20,000 nucleotides of DNA, taken from the IMG/VR virus record IMGVR_UViG_3300027759_000081; one strand, written 5' to 3'. A program made the translations under genes and the position numbers. Source of the stretch: an uncultured virus (IMG/VR IMGVR_UViG_3300027759_000081) (Duplodnaviria; Heunggongvirae; Uroviricota; Caudoviricetes). The notes beneath the pieces were generated by a model. That model made no database searches. It had not been told where the DNA came from and saw only the letters and a program-made list of their open reading frames with translations. Below, piece after piece: positions 7,146 to 16,238 of this stretch (positions within the stretch are counted from its first letter, which is position 1; each line of letters starts with the position of its first letter).

Positions 7146-9647
7146 ATGCAAAAGGCAAACTTACATAAGACAAACTTTTCTGCTGGTGAGGTATCTCCAG
7201 CAATGGGAGGTCGTCTTGATACCGCTCGGTTTAAGAATGGTGCAGCAGAAATTACTAATTTCGTTGTGCAACCACAGGGTGGATTAGTTCGCCGAATGGG
7301 AACTAAGTTTATTACTGAAGTAAAAGATTCCACTAAGGTACACAAGTTAGTTCCATTTAGACCGTCTATTCAGGAAGCCTATATTCTTGAGTTTGGAAAT
7401 AACAGCATTCGAATAATAAATAACGATGCTGTAGTGCTTAACACAGGAGTTCCAATAAACTTAGTAACTACATACTCATCTGCACAATTAACCGAGATAT
7501 ACTATACTCAGTCAGCAGATGTTTTGTATGTTGCCCACCCAGATCATGCTCCTAAACGGGTTTTAAGTTACGATGTTGATGACTGGGCGATAGAACTTGC
7601 TACTACAGAAGACGGTCCTTACCAATCTCCTCAACCAGGGGATTCTTCAATTACTTTATGGCTGACAGATATAGTGCATAGAGCTAAACTTACTTCAACC
7701 ACAAATGAGTTTGGTCCACTTTCACTTAATAAAGGTGTAGAGTATTGGAAAGATGGATCCTTGCTTTTAGCATTTATACGTAGTTCTATTATAGGAGTTA
7801 CTAATAACGTTACAATAGAACCAGTGGCAAGAGTAGTTGATTTAAAACAGTTAGATAATTCTGCAGTTATTACATTTGATACGCTTCAGACCAAAGTGTA
7901 TGCTTCTAGAACTATATGGTCAACTGAAACAGAACAGTCGTATATTCGTAATCCTAGTGCTGGTGCTGGGTGGGTTAAAATGACTACACACAGTCCAATT
8001 CCAGTAGTTATAGGTACTTCACCAAATAGTTATGCTGCGGATGTTATGAATTCTGATGCTGGTTACCCTCAAATGCATGCAGCTGTTGGGGCTGTAGGTA
8101 AGCGTTCTTTTAGTGACGAAACTATTACAGCTATATTACGTTCTTCCACTCCTTTATTTCTAACCCCTGATGATATAGGTCGTCAGTTCCGACTTAACTT
8201 TAGTGGTAAGATAGTTTGGGGAACAATCACTTCCATTACTAGTACAACTCAGGTTAACGTATCACTTGGAAATATGGTTCCTAAAGATTCGCTTGATTCA
8301 AATCTTTATATAAACAATGCTGAAACAACAGATTGGAGACTTGGTTCGTGGTTTACTGGAAATTACCCGCGTGTTGTTACATTCCACCAAGGTCGCTTAA
8401 TTTATGCAGGAACAAAGCTAGAACAGAATAGAATCTGGTTTAGTAAGGCTGATGATTATGTATCTTTTGCTACTACTAACTTATTAGGAGAAGTTCTTGA
8501 TGATAACGGAATCAATATAGGTATTGTATCTGGCGAAGTAAACACTATTCTATGGGCTCAATCTGGACCAGTACTTCTTGTCGGCACTAATGGAGAAGAG
8601 TTCCAGGTTAAACCTACCTCTATAAGTGAAGCACTTACGTCAACTAACATTAACGTAACAGTTCAAACTCCATACGGGTCAGAGTCAAACATTCGACCTG
8701 TTAAGATTGGTCCTTCCACATTGTTTGTACAAAATCATGGACAGCGTTTACGTGAGTTAATGTACAACTTTGAGATTGATTCTTTTGTAGCATCTGATAC
8801 AACTGTTATATCTGAACACATTTTCCGTAAACACCTTTCAGCGGTTGATATGGCTTACACCCAGACACCAAACTCAGTACTCTGGTTTCTTGGCGCTGAT
8901 GGTAAACTAATTTCTCTTACTTACGAGAAAGACCAAGAAGTTTATGCCTGGACAAATCATGAACTAGGTGGTAACGCTTTTGTCGAATCAATCGCTTCTA
9001 TTCCTTCAGAAGTAGGTATGCAGGATCGATTGCACATGATTGTCCGAAGGACGATTAACGGAGTTACCAAACGCTATATTGAGCGGTTTGACGATGAGTT
9101 TAATCCTTCTAGTCCTACGGATAAAGATGGTATGAATTATCTGGATTGCTCTTACCACTATAAAGGTGCTGCAATTACAACTGTTACTGGTCTTAGTCAC
9201 CTTGAAGGAGAACTGGTTAGTGTGGTAGCAAACAACGCTATTCATCCTGATAGAACAGTAGTTTCAGGTCAAATACAACTCGAATATAGTGCTACTGACG
9301 TCTTAGTTGGATATACCTACGAATCTAGAGTGCAGACCCTGCCTACCGATGATGGTTCCCAGTTCGGTACTTCTCACGGTAAACTGAAAAAGGTTCATCG
9401 CGTCGATTGCCAGTTGCTTAATACAATCGGTATTAAATACGGTCGCGATCTAAATCAGATGGAGATACCAAGAAGTTTCCGTGAAACTAACGGGGTTATG
9501 GGTCAGTCGCCTGATCTGTTTACTGGAATTATCCAACTGACTGATGAAAGTTCTTTTAATAGAGATGGGCAATATTTTATTGTACAAGATCAACCTTACC
9601 CATGTACTATACTCTCCTTGATGCCAATCATTAAAGTCAATGAGTAA
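7146..9647 (+). CDS. Tail tubular protein B / nozzle (T7 gp12-like)
   Basis: TNFSAGEVSP..GR.D, NFVVQPQGGLVRRMGT, YTQSADVLYVAHP, YPRVVTFHQGRL, EVYAWTNH, GLSHLEG, QDQPYPCTILSL. Confidence 0.9.
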   Translation: MQKANLHKTNFSAGEVSPAMGGRLDTARFKNGAAEITNFVVQPQGGLVRRMGTKFITEVKDSTKVHKLVPFRPSIQEAYILEFGNNSIRIINNDAVVLNTGVPINLVTTYSSAQLTEIYYTQSADVLYVAHPDHAPKRVLSYDVDDWAIELATTEDGPYQSPQPGDSSITLWLTDIVHRAKLTSTTNEFGPLSLNKGVEYWKDGSLLLAFIRSSIIGVTNNVTIEPVARVVDLKQLDNSAVITFDTLQTKVYASRTIWSTETEQSYIRNPSAGAGWVKMTTHSPIPVVIGTSPNSYAADVMNSDAGYPQMHAAVGAVGKRSFSDETITAILRSSTPLFLTPDDIGRQFRLNFSGKIVWGTITSITSTTQVNVSLGNMVPKDSLDSNLYINNAETTDWRLGSWFTGNYPRVVTFHQGRLIYAGTKLEQNRIWFSKADDYVSFATTNLLGEVLDDNGINIGIVSGEVNTILWAQSGPVLLVGTNGEEFQVKPTSISEALTSTNINVTVQTPYGSESNIRPVKIGPSTLFVQNHGQRLRELMYNFEIDSFVASDTTVISEHIFRKHLSAVDMAYTQTPNSVLWFLGADGKLISLTYEKDQEVYAWTNHELGGNAFVESIASIPSEVGMQDRLHMIVRRTINGVTKRYIERFDDEFNPSSPTDKDGMNYLDCSYHYKGAAITTVTGLSHLEGELVSVVANNAIHPDRTVVSGQIQLEYSATDVLVGYTYESRVQTLPTDDGSQFGTSHGKLKKVHRVDCQLLNTIGIKYGRDLNQMEIPRSFRETNGVMGQSPDLFTGIIQLTDESSFNRDGQYFIVQDQPYPCTILSLMPIIKVNE

Positions 9648-10077
9648 CCTTACGCTAGAACGTTTAGACAAGGAAAATTTCCTAGAATTTATTTCTAGGC
9701 ACTATTTTAGCGCAAAGATGGATAATCCAGAATTTTACCAGGGATATATCCATGATAGATCAATGGGTTATATTGTCCTGGAGGATGGCCGATCGATTGG
9801 TGCATTCGGAATAAATATAGCCTACAACGGGGTTGGCGAATGTTGGTTGTTTAGCACAGATAAACTTAATCGTTACCCTATCTGGATGGTCAAACAATTT
9901 AAAAACATTACTAACGAAGTTCTTAACCGTGGACTGCACCGCGTTCAAATGTTTGTAGAAAACACAAGGTTAGATTATCATCGCTTTGCACAGATTTTAG
10001 GATTTGAATTCGAAGGAGTTTTACGTAAACACTCAACAACTGCAATCGACCACGCGGTCTACTCTAAAATAAAATGA
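9640..10077 (+). CDS. GNAT-family acetyltransferase-like protein (T7 gp13 position)
   Basis: IGAFGI...GVGECWL, LHRVQMFV, RFAQILGFEFEGVLRK is a RimJ/RimL-like GNAT C-terminal signature. Confidence 0.8.
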   Translation: MSNLTLERLDKENFLEFISRHYFSAKMDNPEFYQGYIHDRSMGYIVLEDGRSIGAFGINIAYNGVGECWLFSTDKLNRYPIWMVKQFKNITNEVLNRGLHRVQMFVENTRLDYHRFAQILGFEFEGVLRKHSTTAIDHAVYSKIK

Positions 10078-10541
10078 CAGGTATCGAATGGGTTTTCTTA
10101 GCTTCAGCTATTGCTAGTGCTGGTGTTGGAGCATACAGCTCTTATCAGCAAGGTAAAGCTGCTGACGAACAAGCAAAGTATCAATCTCAAACCGCCCTAC
10201 TCAATGCGAAAGCTATGGGTGAGGAGTCTGATTACGAGGCTACTCGTATCCGCGAAAAATATCGCAGACTTCGTGGGTCACAGATTGCTTCTGCTACTAA
10301 GGCGGGTATATCAATTGACGGATCTACTGGCGATCTTATGGCAGAAACAAATGTTCAAGAAGATCTTGACGTTATGTCTGTTCTCTACAAAGGGAAGCAA
10401 GCTATACTTGGTGAGAAATTTAAATCTGATCTGTTTATTAGTCAAGGTAAGAATGCCCGTAAAGAAGGCAAGATCGGTGTAGCTTCATCACTCATTGGTG
10501 GTGTTTCTGATGTAACTGCTAACTGGCCAACTATTCAATAA
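10074..10541 (+). CDS. Internal virion/ejection protein (T7 gp14-like)
   Basis: Hydrophobic Ala/Gly N-terminal helix, coiled-coil middle, GSQIASATKAGISIDGS motif, Gly-rich hydrophobic end, and synteny. Confidence 0.8.
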   Translation: MTGIEWVFLASAIASAGVGAYSSYQQGKAADEQAKYQSQTALLNAKAMGEESDYEATRIREKYRRLRGSQIASATKAGISIDGSTGDLMAETNVQEDLDVMSVLYKGKQAILGEKFKSDLFISQGKNARKEGKIGVASSLIGGVSDVTANWPTIQ

Positions 10542-10542
10542 T

Positions 10543-13047
10543 ATGCCCGACATTCCTAGAACATTTTCAAACGCAAGCATCCTTGGAGGAACTAACTTTT
10601 CTACTCAAGCACCGCAAGGAGCTTTTGGTGCAGACATGTCCTCCCTTGGTGCGGCTATTAGCGGACTTGGTCGTTCTATTGTAATCAATAAAAAGACACG
10701 TGATAAGATCGAAGAAGAAGATCGTAAAAAAGAAGAAGCACAGTGGCTTAACAGATCTCTTTCTGAGTATCAGAGAAAGATTACTGATTTTGAAACCAAC
10801 CCTGAAAACAGAAGTCGTGTCGACTATCTTCCCTCATTCCTGGCTAACGCAGATAACACCGCTTCTGGCTACATGGAAGGAGCACCATCTGCCGAATCTT
10901 ACGATGCATTCCAAGAAAAAGCTCGAGAGATAGTAGATCAGCGTTATGGACGTTCTGCTGCTCTTGGTGCCAACAATGAGATGCAAGCCGACATAATCGC
11001 TATTGATCAGTCCTGGGGATTGACGATGCAATCTTACCAATCATTTGCACCCATAGACCCTGACAGTGCGGCCAACGATCTTTTCACCGGACTTCAGACT
11101 GCTACAGACCATGTTCTTGAATTATATGGAGAAATTGCTCCTAATGAAGCAAAAGCAATGGTTACCCGTAGAATAGTAGATACTACTCTTGCTCTTATAG
11201 AAAAATCTCCAGATAAGGCAAAATGGCTTATTGATAACAACGGTGTCTACATTGATCAGCAAACGCGCCAGACGTTGCTAAATAAAATAGAAACTAAGAA
11301 AGCAACAGGTTCACTACTTCTTAAAGAAGACTTTAACACTGTTCGTGAAAAATCACTGATTGCTGCAGAACGAACCGGGAACTACAAATCGCTACCTATC
11401 GAGGATTATCAAATGATTTATCCTGGTGAGGAAGCACAACTAATGAAACAGCGTGATGACCAGACTGCGCAGGCTTCTTTAGATTCTCACGGGTTTATTG
11501 CTGAAACAAAAAGCATGATCCCTGCTGAAAAGTTAAGGCTTGCTAAAGAGTTTGAGGATACCCGTAAAACTGAAAAAGAACTTCGGGCTTTTGCCTCTAT
11601 TGTTTCGCCAGCTTTAATTGAAGATTCTCGCTTGTATAATGAAGATCCAGTAGCTTGGCAAATAGAAAATAATCCAACTGTTCAGACCATCGGGACTGAT
11701 ATGGAGACTTTACAGTTTAATGAAACTGACGAGGGTCAACCGGGTATACTTCCTATGCCTGGTACTGAAAGAGGAACAGGTGTTGGTGAAGCCCCTATTT
11801 CTCTAGACGGTTCGGTCAAAACAGATGTTGCTGGCATAAAGCAAGTTCCAACTATGGATCAAGCTGTTGCTTCTAGAGAGCAGTATTATCGCGCTATTCT
11901 TAGATCCCAGGGTGCTGCTGGTGAAGGTGAGGATCCTACACGTTACATGAACCGCCCACGCAGTGAGTGGCGTATCATGACTAAAAACGAGGCTGACAAT
12001 GCATCTGCCCAGATTAACGGTGCCGATATTGACAATGTCATTCAGGTGGTAGATTCTATTCTGTCCAAGTATCCTTCAGATGATTTAAGAGCTCAAGCAA
12101 TATCTGATCTGATGACAATACCTCAGAACAAGATTAAAGCTGAGTATGCTATTGTGTTTCAGAATCGTGATCAACCATGGCTTCCAGAGTTTATTGGTAA
12201 CCTTCGCTCACTTGATTCATTAACTGAGATGAATAAAGTAGATGCTTCTAAAGTAAAAACTTCGATCTCTTCTAATGGTTTATGGAACTCCTTTAAAAAT
12301 ACTATTATCGGACCACAGGACCAACGTGCTGACGAAGTTAAAGGATACTTTAACGCCATTGAAACTGACGTAAAAGTAATGGTAGCTAAAGGTAAGAAGA
12401 TTGAAGACGCCGTAGATATTTCCATTAACCGTATCCTTGCCTCAACGATGAAACCTACAAAATTGGCTCTTCCAGGTATGAATGACGGTCCCCCTGGTCA
12501 AATCAATTGGGATATGTGGGGCAATAAAAAACCACAGATTTGGATTCCAGTACAACCAGAAGGATTTTCTAGAAAACTTAACCAAACAGAGATTGATAAT
12601 TACGGACAACGTATGGGTGTCGCTCTTGCCAATATCCACCCCGATGATATTGATGTTTCCCAGTTCCCTAACTTTGAACAAACTGAAGACAAAACAAAGC
12701 AACAGGAACTTATTTACAACAAGATTGTAAAAACCGGATCTTACTACCCAGAACCCGGAGGAGCCTATTGGCGTGTCACTGTTGAAAGTGATTCCGGTCA
12801 ACGTGTGGATTTACGAGATAAAGAAGGCAGGTTCTTTCGACTTCCTCTTAAAAACGTTCCTGCATATAAAAGAAAAGGTTTATTTATGGAAGGTCTGGAA
12901 ATGAAAGGATTTACTCCAGATACCTGGTCTTGGAAAGAAACCGAGACCTTTGTAGACTATCCTGAAGGAGGTGAACAACCTACACCCATAAATAATTGGA
13001 AAAAAACTTACCCTAAAACCGGAGCCTTCTGGCAATTTACACGATGA
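10543..13047 (+). CDS. Internal virion/ejection protein (T7 gp15 position)
   Basis: 834 aa, predicted helical. N-terminus MPDIP...GAFGADMSSLGAAISGLG is typical of this position. No catalytic motif recognised. Confidence 0.65.
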   Translation: MPDIPRTFSNASILGGTNFSTQAPQGAFGADMSSLGAAISGLGRSIVINKKTRDKIEEEDRKKEEAQWLNRSLSEYQRKITDFETNPENRSRVDYLPSFLANADNTASGYMEGAPSAESYDAFQEKAREIVDQRYGRSAALGANNEMQADIIAIDQSWGLTMQSYQSFAPIDPDSAANDLFTGLQTATDHVLELYGEIAPNEAKAMVTRRIVDTTLALIEKSPDKAKWLIDNNGVYIDQQTRQTLLNKIETKKATGSLLLKEDFNTVREKSLIAAERTGNYKSLPIEDYQMIYPGEEAQLMKQRDDQTAQASLDSHGFIAETKSMIPAEKLRLAKEFEDTRKTEKELRAFASIVSPALIEDSRLYNEDPVAWQIENNPTVQTIGTDMETLQFNETDEGQPGILPMPGTERGTGVGEAPISLDGSVKTDVAGIKQVPTMDQAVASREQYYRAILRSQGAAGEGEDPTRYMNRPRSEWRIMTKNEADNASAQINGADIDNVIQVVDSILSKYPSDDLRAQAISDLMTIPQNKIKAEYAIVFQNRDQPWLPEFIGNLRSLDSLTEMNKVDASKVKTSISSNGLWNSFKNTIIGPQDQRADEVKGYFNAIETDVKVMVAKGKKIEDAVDISINRILASTMKPTKLALPGMNDGPPGQINWDMWGNKKPQIWIPVQPEGFSRKLNQTEIDNYGQRMGVALANIHPDDIDVSQFPNFEQTEDKTKQQELIYNKIVKTGSYYPEPGGAYWRVTVESDSGQRVDLRDKEGRFFRLPLKNVPAYKRKGLFMEGLEMKGFTPDTWSWKETETFVDYPEGGEQPTPINNWKKTYPKTGAFWQFTR

Positions 13048-16000
13048 GCATGCTTTTTTCTACAGTAAACGGATCGGCTTTGCCTAGCGCAAAGTCAGAC
13101 ATTCCATCAAGCACTTTCTATTCTACTGCATTCGAGCAGGGTATGAAAGAGTCAATGCTAACTTCTCTGTATCGCATGTCAGAGTACAGTCTAGCAAAAG
13201 AATACGATCCAGAACTTAACCCATATATTCCTCGTAAAGAAGCTATTGACTGGGCAAAAAATGAAGGAGTTAACATAAATTTCGATTACGATCCTACTAG
13301 CGATGAAATGAGTCTGCTTGTTGAAAGAAAGAGAGAAGAGAATGATCGTCAGGCTATTCTTGCAGCTGGTACAACTGGTGGCGGTCGTATTGCTGGTAGT
13401 ATGGGAGTTCAGTTTCTTGGATCGATTTTAAACCCAGTCGATCTTCCACTTATGTTTTTACCCATTGTGGGGTCTGGGGCCAAAGCTGCTCAAGCAACAA
13501 GTGCAGTTTCACGAATCGTTGCTCGTGGACTAGTTACAGAGGAAGTTCTTGCCGCTCGTGGATTAGCCATGAAAGGCTATACAGCTGCTATTATTGAAGG
13601 AACAGTTGGTCAAGCAATCACTGAAATTCCGCTAATGATTTCAAATCAGCAAAGCAAGATTGACTACACAGGAAGTGACTTTGTTACTAACATCGCTCTT
13701 GCTGGTGTCTTTGGTGCAGGCATAAACACACTTCGACTTGGCGTTAACGGGATACTTAATATGCAACGACGTCTTACACCTGAGACCCAAGAGAACATGA
13801 TGGCTGGTGCACAGGATGACTTTTTGCGTGGACGAGATATTGATCCAGGTAGGTATGTTGACTTAGATGATGAGGTAGGTATGAACAAGACCCTGACCAA
13901 CACAGTCAGAGATTATGATGCCGCTGATGCCAAATTTAAGGAAAACTACGCTACTCTTTCACCAAAGCAAAAAGATCTGTACGAGTTTAATAAAGGCAAC
14001 AAGCTTGTTGATGGTAATGGTTTACCGGTAATTGTATACCATGGCCGTACTTGGCAGGGCGATCAATTCGATCCTACAACTCTTGGTAAAAACACGGGCG
14101 CTAGCAGTGCAAAAGAAGGATTTTTCTTTGCTGGTAGTCCGAAAACTTCTCAGTACTATATTCTTAAATCGGAATTTCAGAATGATCCACGTGTCTCTGA
14201 CATTATGGATAAAATGGATGCGATACAAAAAGAACTTAGAGAGAATCCAAATGAAGCAAATGAAATTCTTAAGTCTGAGATCAAAGCACTTGGTAATGAA
14301 GCTGCTGACCGCCTAGGTGTGGACTCTGTTTTCCGTGAAGGTGGCAATGTAAGTGCGTTTATGGTGTCAATGAAGAATCCAAAAATCGTTGACTTTAATG
14401 GTGAGTTTCATCGTCCACAAACTTACAAGCAAGTTATTGCTGAAGCAAAGGCTGCTGGTCACGACGGTGTAGTTATTAGGAACACTTTTGACGGTGGACC
14501 ACTTGACGATATTTATGTTGCATTCGATCAAAATAGTATTAAGTCTGCTTACGAATATCGTATTGTTAGAGAGGCTAATAATAAAGTAGCCAGCAATCAG
14601 CAAGCGATTGCTGACTATAAAGCACGTGAAGAAAAGAAAGCTCAGGCCCGAGCACAGATACTTCAGAAAGAAATCGATGACGGAAAGATGGTTCCACAAG
14701 AACAAATTAAACCGCATCGTGATCAACCTGACGAAGCAGAGTTTGCTGCTATGGATGAAGAACTAGACTTCCTCCGCGGACTAGATCTTGAAGAAGAAGA
14801 CTGGAATAAGATGACTGGTCGGATGGCTGATACAGGTTCTAAACCACCTACTAAAAGTGAATTTACTGATGAGTTAATGCCAGATAGCAAAGTTAGAGAT
14901 AACTCCGGTAACCTTATAAAACTATATCATGGTGGGGAAAAAGGAATTACATCGTTTGATCAATTAAAGAGACCTGGTTCTGCATACAAGCAAAATTCTC
15001 TTCATTCAGAAGGGATATGGTTTACCCCAAATAAAGGCGAAAAAGGTGTGCAGGAAGATGAGTTCATGTCTAGTTATGCCTCAACCTATGCGTTAAATTA
15101 TCCTGAAGGAGAAATTTATGAGGTATATGTAAACATAACTAACCCTAAAAAAATAGGCCAAGAAGAAGCTAACTATCTTACTCTTGATGAATTGGTTGCT
15201 CAAGGTTATGATGGGGCCTATACTATTGACACGGGTTTCTGGATTGCTACTGATCCAAAACAAATTCAGTTTGTTCCGAAAGACACCTTCCCCTCTAAAC
15301 AACCTACTAAAAGTGAGTGGGACTCACGAGCAGAAAAACTTAGAATGTTTACTAACGATCTTACTTTCGACCAGTGGCATAAACTTACTAACACACCACT
15401 TTTTGGTGGAAAATATGAAACTAGTACTGACTTACTTGTTGAGGGTTTTCGGTTGTACATGCCGGATATTGCAAAAGCGTTTGATACACTTCTTGAAATT
15501 GACCCGACTCTTAACGAAATTCCTGTACGGTTTAACAAAGATCTTATGACAAATGAGAACGCTTGGGGTTTGTACGATGCCTCAATTGATACTATAACCC
15601 TGAACGGATCTTCTTCCCCAAAAACATTTTTGCATGAATTAGTTCATGGTTCAGCGGTTCGCCGTTTCCGTAAAGATCTTTCCTCTACAATGGGATCTGT
15701 TAGGACCACGGTTCTAAAAGGAGATAACTACCTAAAGTCGCTGATTGATTACAGCAAGAAAACCAAGAATAAACCTATGGCAAAACTTGTACAAGCCTAT
15801 GAGTTAGCGGTTAAAAAGTTTGAAACTGATTATGATGGTAATCTTCGAAAATATCTTAACGGTAATGACGAAGTTTTCTTTAACGAACTTGAAGTACCTT
15901 TTTACGGACTACTTAACTTTGACGAATTTATTGCAGAAGGATTAACAAATCGAACATTCCAACTTTTCTTACAATCAATTCCTGCAGTTAAGGGTTCTCC

Positions 16001-16238
16001 TAAAACCTTACTTGAATCCTTTGTCGATACTTTCAGAGAGTTCTTTTTTATGAAAACAACCTGGGAAGGTCAAAAAGGAACGACTACTCTTTTAGACGAA
16101 GTCCTTCAAGATTATTCTGAAATGGTTAAACAAGGTATCCGCAAACCTACTGACTATCTTAAATCTGTTCAGAAAATGTCTTCTGCTGATGTAAACGCAC
16201 CGCTCCTTCAAAAAGTCTCTAACTGCTTACTACTATAA
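13044..16238 (+). CDS. Large internal virion/ejection protein with two ART-like domains and a zincin metallopeptidase domain (polyvalent protein)
   Basis: N-terminal hydrophobic/Gly-Ala ejection-protein region. ART1 at about 14001-14552 (VYHG, GFFFA, MKNP, GHDGVVI, YVAFDQNSIKS). ART2 at about 14886-15275 (LYHG, GIWFT, ITNP, GYDG, DPKQI). Peptidase GLYD...HELVH (15633-15647)...DEFIAE. Confidence 0.8.
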   Translation: MSMLFSTVNGSALPSAKSDIPSSTFYSTAFEQGMKESMLTSLYRMSEYSLAKEYDPELNPYIPRKEAIDWAKNEGVNINFDYDPTSDEMSLLVERKREENDRQAILAAGTTGGGRIAGSMGVQFLGSILNPVDLPLMFLPIVGSGAKAAQATSAVSRIVARGLVTEEVLAARGLAMKGYTAAIIEGTVGQAITEIPLMISNQQSKIDYTGSDFVTNIALAGVFGAGINTLRLGVNGILNMQRRLTPETQENMMAGAQDDFLRGRDIDPGRYVDLDDEVGMNKTLTNTVRDYDAADAKFKENYATLSPKQKDLYEFNKGNKLVDGNGLPVIVYHGRTWQGDQFDPTTLGKNTGASSAKEGFFFAGSPKTSQYYILKSEFQNDPRVSDIMDKMDAIQKELRENPNEANEILKSEIKALGNEAADRLGVDSVFREGGNVSAFMVSMKNPKIVDFNGEFHRPQTYKQVIAEAKAAGHDGVVIRNTFDGGPLDDIYVAFDQNSIKSAYEYRIVREANNKVASNQQAIADYKAREEKKAQARAQILQKEIDDGKMVPQEQIKPHRDQPDEAEFAAMDEELDFLRGLDLEEEDWNKMTGRMADTGSKPPTKSEFTDELMPDSKVRDNSGNLIKLYHGGEKGITSFDQLKRPGSAYKQNSLHSEGIWFTPNKGEKGVQEDEFMSSYASTYALNYPEGEIYEVYVNITNPKKIGQEEANYLTLDELVAQGYDGAYTIDTGFWIATDPKQIQFVPKDTFPSKQPTKSEWDSRAEKLRMFTNDLTFDQWHKLTNTPLFGGKYETSTDLLVEGFRLYMPDIAKAFDTLLEIDPTLNEIPVRFNKDLMTNENAWGLYDASIDTITLNGSSSPKTFLHELVHGSAVRRFRKDLSSTMGSVRTTVLKGDNYLKSLIDYSKKTKNKPMAKLVQAYELAVKKFETDYDGNLRKYLNGNDEVFFNELEVPFYGLLNFDEFIAEGLTNRTFQLFLQSIPAVKGSPKTLLESFVDTFREFFFMKTTWEGQKGTTTLLDEVLQDYSEMVKQGIRKPTDYLKSVQKMSSADVNAPLLQKVSNCLLL
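14838..14860 (+). repeat. 23-bp direct repeat, copy 1
   Basis: TCTAAACCACCTACTAAAAGTGA, 22/23 identical to 15294-15316. Confidence 0.9.
15294..15316 (+). repeat. 23-bp direct repeat, copy 2
   Basis: TCTAAACAACCTACTAAAAGTGA, 456 bp (152 codons) after copy 1 and in the same reading frame. Confidence 0.9.

Noticed and set aside
13905..14572. Possible repeat flanking ART1 (GTCAGAGA versus GTTAGAGA; VRD/VRE)
   Set aside because: Only 7/8 nt identity, which is not distinguishable from chance.
14838..15316. The 23-bp repeat as a CRISPR array, IS target duplication or intein boundary
   Set aside because: Only two copies separated by 433 bp of coding sequence, with no transposase, terminal inverted repeats or intein C...HN motifs.
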